Position numbers and translations under genes: made by a program. 64,000 nt of DNA from Bdellovibrio sp. (GTDB taxonomy: Bacteria; Bdellovibrionota; Bdellovibrionia; Bdellovibrionales; Bdellovibrionaceae): positions 864,001 to 928,000 of the forward strand of contig JAKFBS010000002.1 of NCBI GenBank assembly GCA_036677065.1, in the 5' to 3' direction. The notes beneath the pieces are model-generated. The model was given only the letters and a program-made list of their open reading frames with translations, was not told where the DNA came from and did not search any database. Positions 29,516 to 36,378 of the stretch are shown piece after piece (positions within the stretch are counted from its first letter, which is position 1; each line of letters opens with the position of its first letter).

Positions 29516-30166
29516 TCAAAAATCAAAACCTGTAATATTTCGAAGACCCAGGCCCAAAGTAATCTGAAAATGAGAGTTGTTATGGTCTTCATGGGATTCA
29601 TGGGTTCTACCGTTATAATTAAGTTCTGGAATAAATATCTTGAAAACTTTTATTCCGCCGAGAAAATCAAATTGTACATTTTGAATTTGGTAAAATGAAA
29701 CTAAGCCGCGAATTTCCATTTCCAGCATACTAGCAGGAATATTACGACCTGTTACTGCGGGATCTTTTCCAAAAAAATGAAATTCCCCTTTTGCGTATAC
29801 AAAATTTATTTGAACCAAATTCTTACCATCTACTAGTCTCCAGCCGCCAAACTTAAAGCCTCTATAATTATAGTCAGACTCAAAAACCTCTTTGTCTAAA
29901 CCTGTTGGCTTATATGAGAAACTTTCATACACTTTACCGTGAGCTATTCCTGCAAGTACACCGAACTCTTCCCCTAGTAAATATGAAACATCAAATTGAG
30001 GACCATAGTTAAACCCAGCAGTTTTTAACTCGTTTTCTTTTCCATCGTTGGGTACGCCGACGATCATTGCGAAAAAACCTTGATTATAAGATAGCGCAAC
30101 TTGATCAGCAAATGCAGGCTGAATTAGGAAAGGCAAAAACATCACAATTAATATTATTTTTTTCAT
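29516..30166 (-). CDS. probable outer-membrane beta-barrel protein
   Basis: Signal peptide MKKIILIVMFLPFLIQPAFA, alternating beta-strand pattern, C-terminal Phe. Confidence 0.6.
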   Translation of the reverse strand: MKKIILIVMFLPFLIQPAFADQVALSYNQGFFAMIVGVPNDGKENELKTAGFNYGPQFDVSYLLGEEFGVLAGIAHGKVYESFSYKPTGLDKEVFESDYNYRGFKFGGWRLVDGKNLVQINFVYAKGEFHFFGKDPAVTGRNIPASMLEMEIRGLVSFYQIQNVQFDFLGGIKVFKIFIPELNYNGRTHESHEDHNNSHFQITLGLGLRNITGFDF

Positions 30167-30200
30167 TTTTCTCTTCACTTACCTGGATATGTTTTTTAAA

Positions 30201-30422
30201 TTATAATTCTTTAACAAGAATCGTCGTATCTAATTCAGCACGATCGCAGTCTAACTTTATGTTTTCGATTAACATTTTTATGCGAAATCCATTAGCCTCG
30301 CCTGTCAATCCAAAGTAAGAATCCGTTCAGATATGACTGGTATAAAAACTGATCTATTTTCGAAATATTCATTAAGGGCTTCCTTGGCCTTAATCGTACC
30401 TGATGGCTCGCTAAATTTTAAA
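30201..30422 (-). pseudogene. possible frameshifted gene remnant
   Basis: Two adjacent open frames (LKFSEPSGTIKAKEALNEYFENRSVF... then TDSYFGLTGEANGFRIKMLIENIKLDCDRAELDTTILVKEL*) with no clear start. Confidence 0.2.
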
Positions 30423-30639
30423 TAAATAGTTATTTATGAGTCGCAAGGTCCAGCGTCGAACTCCTGGATTTCAAACCACCTAGACCGGTCTCTGGCCAAG
30501 CCAAATTGAGATGATTTTTTTAAAAAATAAGCATTTTGAGCTAGAAATGCGTAACCCACTACATGGGAGGAAGGAAATGCCTTGATTTCACCCTAAAACC
30601 CATAGCATGGTACAGCAATTGGTCGGTGTGCAGTAATGT

Positions 30640-30771
30640 CTCTCACTACCATTTTTTATTTTGTCGCAAGACAAAAATATAGCTCCGAGGTTGCGACGGA
30701 GGAGAGTCTTTCTGGAAATAAGCCTCTAGGAGAGATATTAAACCTGCAGAAATGTGGTTTTTTTACTTTTA
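30640..30771 (+). repeat. duplicated tRNA-Met 3' end (att-like, 12 bp) plus repeat copy D (full length)
   Basis: CTCTCACTACCA at 30640-30651 equals 24384-24395; 30660-30771 matches copy A at 103/112 by manual count. Confidence 0.95.
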
Positions 30772-30836
30772 AGGTGTGGGCTTCTTCAACTTAGCCAGAT
30801 CGAAATCTCAAGTCTCTCAGCCATTTATTAAGTATT

Positions 30837-31637
30837 TTATAAACCCAACAATTGACGACTAATATTCTTAGCAAGTTCCCAAAACATTATGGTATCGTCA
30901 GGACTAATGACAATATTATTCGCAAGCTCTTTGTGCGGATGAATATAGTTTCTGTATTCCCGCAGAACAGTTCCGATATCTTTTGTGGGTTTAGAAATCC
31001 ATTTTAAGTCATGTGAAACATTTATTAGATCACTTAGAGTCCATTCGCTTAATGCTTTTGGTTTATTTAATTTCTTGTCTATTGGCGCACTGCTTGATTT
31101 GAAAATTTGAGACTGGTCATGATGCTGATTTATTTTCGCAATCAAAAGACCTTCAATAAACCCACCAATCATTACCGTCCCAGATAAAGGAATTTTATGA
31201 GTAATGCATGCAACACATTCATTCCATCTTCTAACTAAAATTTTACACATATTTGGATCAGAGATTAGAGGTGTAAAGTCAGGTGCCGCATCGGTTGTAG
31301 GTTTTTCTACCGCAGGTGCAGATTTAAGCGAATGAGACCTAAGATCAATTAAGCTTTTTCTTAATTCTTTTAACTGAACTAAAATTTTTTGTCTCAAAGG
31401 GTTTTTATCGCTACTTTTTAAAAAAGCATCGTAAATCGATTCGATGGGATTCAACAAATCAGTACTAATGATAGATAGATTAATTTTATGCTTTGAAAAC
31501 CATGTGCCTGCTGTAGCTTTTAATAAAGATCTCTCTTCAAAGCTCGAAATTTGCCTAGTTTCTCTTTTCTTTAAATTTTTTTTCAGCACTTCCAGTTCTA
31601 ATATTGCAGCCTCAATCGTATCATTAGATTTACTCAT
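30837..31637 (-). CDS. HEPN-like (Abi/DUF4145-type) putative ribonuclease
   Basis: C-terminal GTVMIGGFIEGLL...WTLSDLINVSHDLKWI...LREYRNYIHPH (R-X-H HEPN motif); all-helical character. Confidence 0.7.
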   Translation of the reverse strand: MSKSNDTIEAAILELEVLKKNLKKRETRQISSFEERSLLKATAGTWFSKHKINLSIISTDLLNPIESIYDAFLKSSDKNPLRQKILVQLKELRKSLIDLRSHSLKSAPAVEKPTTDAAPDFTPLISDPNMCKILVRRWNECVACITHKIPLSGTVMIGGFIEGLLIAKINQHHDQSQIFKSSSAPIDKKLNKPKALSEWTLSDLINVSHDLKWISKPTKDIGTVLREYRNYIHPHKELANNIVISPDDTIMFWELAKNISRQLLGL

Positions 31638-31645
31638 AGCTGCTT

Positions 31646-32164
31646 TTACTTCCTTTTATTCTTTTTAGTAGTTTTTGCACCGGCATTTGGTAGTGCCATT
31701 GCAACTAAATTTTCCCCAACTGTGTTTATTGCAAAACTTCCTTTTTCAGATCCTTTATCCAAAAATCCTGATCCGTGGGTGTTATGTAAAGTCTTATATG
31801 AATCTTTAAGACGATCTCTATTCACTTTTCTACATGCATCTTGTAATGTTTCACTATTGATTGAATCTCTTCTTTCAGACGCTGGCGCTTGGAACTTGTA
31901 GTAATAAGCTACTGCCGTAGCAAAATGTGAATCGCTCTGGGGGTTTTTAGAAGCAATGAATGTTTTGATATCTGTTATCGAGCTACTATTTGAGCTAACG
32001 TTCGTAGGACTTTGCGTTTGTTCATTTTCTAAGTTCAACCCTAATGTAGTACCCACCCTTTCTAATGCCCATCTAATTATTCTCTTTTGAACATCAGGAG
32101 TGAAACCCTCCAAGGCTTCAACAACAGCACGAACTGCCTCTAAATCATCTTTATCTTTGCTCAT
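31646..32164 (-). CDS. hypothetical protein: helical hairpin + linker + probable winged helix
   Basis: SD AAGGAG before MSKDK; FIASKNPQS..FATAVAYYY...GFLDKG.EKGSFAINTVGENLV wing-like end. Confidence 0.7.
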   Translation of the reverse strand: MSKDKDDLEAVRAVVEALEGFTPDVQKRIIRWALERVGTTLGLNLENEQTQSPTNVSSNSSSITDIKTFIASKNPQSDSHFATAVAYYYKFQAPASERRDSINSETLQDACRKVNRDRLKDSYKTLHNTHGSGFLDKGSEKGSFAINTVGENLVAMALPNAGAKTTKKNKRK

Positions 32165-32203
32165 GAATCTCCTTATCATTAAAACTTTGGAAACTTTAAA
32201 AAA

Positions 32204-32845
32204 TTATGAAATCATTGATTTAATTAGCTCTACGGCTTCAGTCAACCCTCGCGCAGTCAGTGTATACCCAGAAGCAGCTGTTCCTCCAACCTCCGCACTC
32301 AATGTTCGAATGTATGTTGAACTATTTATTTTATCCCAGGCATCATAATGTTCACTAACTTGCTTAGCCTGTTCGTGTGTAAAACGCGGTTGACCAGAAG
32401 CAAGATACCCTGCCACTCCCTTTAAGAGAAAAACATTTCTTAATCTTTGTTTCTTACTTGAACCCGGAACTTTAGAAACAACTAAATCAATTTCATCCAA
32501 GCCTAAACTAAATAATTTCGACAAAGCTTCGGTTGAAAATTGATGCCTTCTCAACCATTTCCTAGCAACTTCATTAATACCATCAGTATCATGCCCGTCA
32601 GGGGATAGATCAGCATTTTTACTCACGTCACTCCCCAGTGTTTCTGATGAGGAAGGATCTGATGAACTGCCTTTTTGATGAGAGTAGATTTTCTTATGAG
32701 GCGCGACCATGCCGTTAACATAGACTAATACACTATGGGCAACGTCCGGGCTCAACCGTTTCACTGCTTCATACACCAAGCCAATTGCAGAAATTTGTTT
32801 TAGATTCGTATCTTCTGAGTTTTGATTGTCATTCGAATCTGACAC
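32204..32845 (-). CDS. hypothetical protein: helical hairpin + linker + probable winged helix
   Basis: SD AGGGAG before GTG; ends GGTAASGYTLTARGLTEAVELI; N-terminus resembles that of the downstream gene. Confidence 0.7.
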   Translation of the reverse strand: MSDSNDNQNSEDTNLKQISAIGLVYEAVKRLSPDVAHSVLVYVNGMVAPHKKIYSHQKGSSSDPSSSETLGSDVSKNADLSPDGHDTDGINEVARKWLRRHQFSTEALSKLFSLGLDEIDLVVSKVPGSSKKQRLRNVFLLKGVAGYLASGQPRFTHEQAKQVSEHYDAWDKINSSTYIRTLSAEVGGTAASGYTLTARGLTEAVELIKSMIS

Positions 32846-33090
32846 TAAAATCTCCCTAGTTAGAATGTTTGACTAGAATTCAAAAGTTGACTGCGACTGG
32901 TATAGTAACGGATATAAATACATTTTTCTTTAGTTGCAAAATGAGAATTATTTAAAAAATGGTAAATAAAATATCTATTACAGCAATTTTGTCATAATCT
33001 GAGATAATTGGTTTCTAAAACTGGATAAAAGTATTTATCGCGTTAATTTATTAACTGTGGTTAGCAACACCAGGACCTCTAATACTTTAG

Positions 33091-33224
33091 TTGCGAAAAA
33101 AAAAATTTGCATTACACTTAGTTCAACTTGCTCCTGAAGCAATAGTAGCGCCCACCTTTATCTACTCCTTTATTGGAGCCCTTAAAGTGGGAGAAGTAAG
33201 TTGACGTCTTACCAGGAGCACCAT
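33091..33224 (+). promoter_or_regulatory. promoter plus structured ~100-nt leader of the HEPN gene
   Basis: TTGCGA-N16-TACACT; nested stems; anti-SD TGCTCCTG complementary to CAGGAGCA. Confidence 0.55.
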
Positions 33225-34160
33225 ATGTATTTAATACGAAGCTATGCATTGAATAATATCAAAGATAAAATTGGCCAGAATAACCATTTTCTTATTACTA
33301 GCCTAGTGGGTTTAGACGTAATTCTAAAAACACCTCCAAAAGAACTCACTGCAGAATTTACTACATGGAATCCAAAGCAAATTAAAAACAGCGTTGAAAG
33401 ATCTCGAGTGTATCTACTGCAAACGTCATTTATATGGATAATTGATTGCCTTGACACCTATTTAAAATCATTAAATAGAAAGCCTTTTTATATTGAAGAC
33501 CTTACTCTTGCTAAAGACTTAAATCACGAAGATGTAAGTTCGCAAATATCTGCAAAAATTTCTAAACTTGAATTACACCTAAAAAGACTCCCCGAAGTAG
33601 AAGTTAGTGTATTGCACTTAGCATTACATTGGAGAAATTTAATAGCACATACAGATTCTAACGATATGCTAAACTCACGCTACGTTGAGATCTTAAAAAA
33701 AGAACGCGAGTACATGAAGAAAAACTTCAGCGGCCTAATTCTTGAAGATAATTTAATTTTACCAACAAACAATCCGATTCTAAAGCAAAAGACTGTAAGC
33801 GCATTTATTAAATGTATACAAACGATTATATACAAAATCGATGAGGAACTTACTGAACAAATTAGCTTAGAACCGTATATCTATAGAATTCTTTTCAACC
33901 ATCTTTCTAAGAACAAAATGAAAATGCAAACAACTTGGCAAAGAGATGTCGAAAAAATATCGTCTAGGTTGAAAAACATTTTATTAAACAATGGATTTAG
34001 AACAGAAAAGCCCGCAGATTCAGAAAATAAATATTTTACTTTTGAAGACCCGCATAAGTTCGACCACATAATTCACACCTTATCGCACATGACTTTTACA
34101 GACGCTTTTTCTTTTCTAAAAGCAAAAACTAATTGGCAAGATTTACACAAAACTAACTAA
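33225..34160 (+). CDS. HEPN-domain putative ribonuclease
   Basis: ATG 33225 after SD AGGAG; WRNLIAH (RX4H) motif; helical, AT-rich coding sequence. Confidence 0.7.
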   Translation: MYLIRSYALNNIKDKIGQNNHFLITSLVGLDVILKTPPKELTAEFTTWNPKQIKNSVERSRVYLLQTSFIWIIDCLDTYLKSLNRKPFYIEDLTLAKDLNHEDVSSQISAKISKLELHLKRLPEVEVSVLHLALHWRNLIAHTDSNDMLNSRYVEILKKEREYMKKNFSGLILEDNLILPTNNPILKQKTVSAFIKCIQTIIYKIDEELTEQISLEPYIYRILFNHLSKNKMKMQTTWQRDVEKISSRLKNILLNNGFRTEKPADSENKYFTFEDPHKFDHIIHTLSHMTFTDAFSFLKAKTNWQDLHKTN

Positions 34161-34183
34161 CCCGGATCAATAGCTCCCGGGTT
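34159..34183. terminator. hairpin between convergent genes
   Basis: AACCCGG-N11-CCGGGTT. ATAGCTCCCGGGTT also matches 12/14 to the repeat (ATAGCTCCGAGGTT). Confidence 0.45.
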
Positions 34184-34195
34184 ACAAAAGAAAAG

Positions 34196-34456
34196 TTATC
34201 CAGCTTGAATTTCTTTTCCATGTTTTTTAATTAGTTCTATCAACACAGAAGTCTCAATCCCAATAACTTTTTTATTAACTTTACGTCCTTTGAAAACATT
34301 GTGGCGTTCATGAAAATCTACAAAGTGGATTTTCCCATCTACACACTCTAAGTATGTATGAGAAGTGGTCTCGTCATGACCACTTGCTGATTCATTCCAA
34401 TTATAGTTAAAATCGATTTTTCCGTTTAATCCTTTTGACTCTGAAGGCATACACAC
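34196..34456 (-). CDS. small hypothetical protein
   Basis: 84-86 aa ORF with SD AAGGA; protein-like composition. Confidence 0.55.
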   Translation of the reverse strand: MCMPSESKGLNGKIDFNYNWNESASGHDETTSHTYLECVDGKIHFVDFHERHNVFKGRKVNKKVIGIETSVLIELIKKHGKEIQAG

Positions 34457-34630
34457 ATTTCCTTATATTTTATGTTTATATCGTTCTCTCTGCTGTGATA
34501 AAGCCTTTCATATCTGAAGTAAATGTGATCGCGCATGGTCATTTTCACAACAACCATGCCACAGTATGCCAATCCAAAACAAAACACTACCCGTACTGCG
34601 TATCTTTACTATTCAGAATCACTGCCTACA

Positions 34631-34673
34631 AGGGTGCGCCCAAAAAATTAAACCCGCAGAAATGCGGTTTTTT
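34631..34673 (+). repeat. repeat copy E (internally deleted: hairpin-2 core + terminator)
   Basis: AGGGTGCGCCC-AAAAA-ATTAAACCCGCAGAAATGCGGTTTTT; abuts the desaturase stop codon. Confidence 0.85.
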
Positions 34674-35401
34674 CACTTCTGCAACAGTCCAACCTTGCCC
34701 GCTAAAATACACAGCCCATATCCAAAATCGATTTCACCTTTTACTTTTGCGAAGTTCGCACTTTTAGGAAAAGCGTGATGGTTATTTTGCAGCCCTTCAC
34801 CAAAAACAAAAAGACTTACAAAAGTATTGTTCGTTGAATGATCGTTGGTTTCAAAATTTCTATAACCATATTTATGCGCCAACGAATTTACCATCCAGCC
34901 ATGAACAGGATGGCTCATGATACCAAGGTAATAAGCAGCTCCAATGATCCAAGCTCCGGTGAAATATCCGAAGGCTATCGAAATCGCTAGATGCAGAAAA
35001 TATGGTATTAACCACAGTTTTTTTCTGTTCAGTCGACTGACTTCAAAATCTATATCAGTCACTAACTGCATATGTTTTTTGTTTTTCTTAATTAGGCCGA
35101 TCAATGCCCGTTCATAAGAACGAAGCTGACCTAAAGCCACACCAAACACCCCGAAGCGAACTGGGCTGTGCGGATCATTTTCAGTGTCTGAATACATATG
35201 ATGGGCCCGGTGCATACACACCCACGCTTTTGGATCAATGCCCGTTATCCAAATCCCCGTTTTTGAGATCAGCCACATGGATGCCCGGTTTAATTTTACC
35301 GAACCGTGCGCAAGGCCTCGGTGGTATAAAACTGTGATATAAAAAATGTTTAACAAACTGGCCAATGAAAACACGATGAAGGCGATTAAAAAAGTATTCA
35401 C
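34673..35401 (-). CDS. membrane acyl-CoA/fatty acid desaturase (delta-9-like)
   Basis: His boxes YHRGLAH, HRAHH, DPHSP, NSLAH, GEGLQNNHH. Confidence 0.92.
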   Translation of the reverse strand: MNTFLIAFIVFSLASLLNIFYITVLYHRGLAHGSVKLNRASMWLISKTGIWITGIDPKAWVCMHRAHHMYSDTENDPHSPVRFGVFGVALGQLRSYERALIGLIKKNKKHMQLVTDIDFEVSRLNRKKLWLIPYFLHLAISIAFGYFTGAWIIGAAYYLGIMSHPVHGWMVNSLAHKYGYRNFETNDHSTNNTFVSLFVFGEGLQNNHHAFPKSANFAKVKGEIDFGYGLCILAGKVGLLQK

Positions 35402-35550
35402 TCTAAATCCTCGCCTTTAAAATCGAACTCAAAATCAAATGGGTCTGCTAAAAAATAGACTGAAACCAACTTCTTTAATTTTCGCTTAAGCTTGTTCTTT
35501 TTACGACGCAAGATGCGCTGGGCAAGGGCTTTGTTTACGACTATAGTCAT
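35398..35550 (-). CDS. 50-aa small ORF translationally coupled to the desaturase
   Basis: SD AGGAG; MTIVVNKALAQRILRRKKNKLKRKLKKLVSVYFLADPFDFEFDFKGEDLE; its TGA overlaps the desaturase GTG (GTGA). Confidence 0.65.
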   Translation of the reverse strand: MTIVVNKALAQRILRRKKNKLKRKLKKLVSVYFLADPFDFEFDFKGEDLE

Positions 35551-35637
35551 ATATTCTCCTAGTTAACGATTGTATCTTTATTATGAGTTAATTTTCTATA
35601 TCAAGAGGTAAATTTACGATTCAAACGTTTATAATGC

Positions 35638-35657
35638 CAGTATACACACGTTTACTG
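35638..35657. promoter_or_regulatory. FabR/DesT-like operator
   Basis: CAGTATAC-ACAC-GTTTACTG palindrome between divergent fabR and desaturase. Confidence 0.65.
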
Positions 35658-35718
35658 AGTTTGGCAACAGGCCATTTTTGCATTGACTAAGCTATTGAAA
35701 TTACGACACAATACCAAC

Positions 35719-36378
35719 ATGAGCCAACGATCAGAACAAAAGTCCAAAACAAGAGATCAATTAATAGCCTCTGGCTTAAAACTTAGCGGCAAAAAAGGTT
35801 TTTCCGCGTTGAGCTTACGCGAAGTCGCAACTGACGCCGGCATTACACCAGCGGGCTTTTATAAACATTTTCACGACATGGAAGAATTAGGTTTAGCTAT
35901 GCTAGACGAAGTTGGCCTAAGCCTTCGCAGACTGTTACGCGAAGCTCGCAAAAAAGTTGCGCCAGGCCCTGATGCTGTTCGATTATCAGTAGAAGCTTTT
36001 TTAAAATTTATTACCGAAAACGGAAACCTATTTCGTTTGCTGTTAGGCGAACGCCAAGGCGCAAGTCCCACGTTTAGAAAAGCTATTCATACTGAATTCG
36101 ATAGATTCGTTAGTGAAATGAGTGTCGATTTACAAAGAATCCACGAAGGTTTGAAATTACCGCTGCGCGACCCTGCTATGACAGCAGAGGCTATTGTAGC
36201 CATTGTATTTACACTGGGTGCAGAAGCGCTGGATTTACCAAAGCATAAGCAAATTGGGCTTGTCGAGCGCCTAACGACGCATGTTCAGACGATACTTCGT
36301 GGCTCTATTGATCAAGAGCGAAAAGCAAGTAAACCGCAAAAATCTAATCCGCGACGTACTCGCCCGCCGGTGGAGTAA
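35719..36378 (+). CDS. fabR: TetR-family regulator FabR/DesT-like
   Basis: R.EQK.KTR..L, FSALSLREVA..AGI.P..FY.HF.D.EELGL.M.DE.GL.LR.L.R.AR matches FabR. Confidence 0.8.
   Translation: MSQRSEQKSKTRDQLIASGLKLSGKKGFSALSLREVATDAGITPAGFYKHFHDMEELGLAMLDEVGLSLRRLLREARKKVAPGPDAVRLSVEAFLKFITENGNLFRLLLGERQGASPTFRKAIHTEFDRFVSEMSVDLQRIHEGLKLPLRDPAMTAEAIVAIVFTLGAEALDLPKHKQIGLVERLTTHVQTILRGSIDQERKASKPQKSNPRRTRPPVE

Noticed and set aside
24407..34673. Repeats as a CRISPR array
   Set aside because: Units reach 112 bp and are separated by kb-scale gene blocks; there are no regular spacers and no cas genes.
24407..34673. Classical integron or attC array
   Set aside because: No RYYYAAC...GTTRRRY ends, the unit is several short hairpins rather than one long one, there is no intI, and cargo orientation is mixed.
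24396..34673. Prophage or intact integrative element
   Set aside because: No integrase, excisionase, replication or structural genes are recognisable.
34435..34778. Plus-strand ORFs 34435-34767 and 34566-34778
   Set aside because: They run through repeat copy E and antisense into the desaturase; likely spurious.
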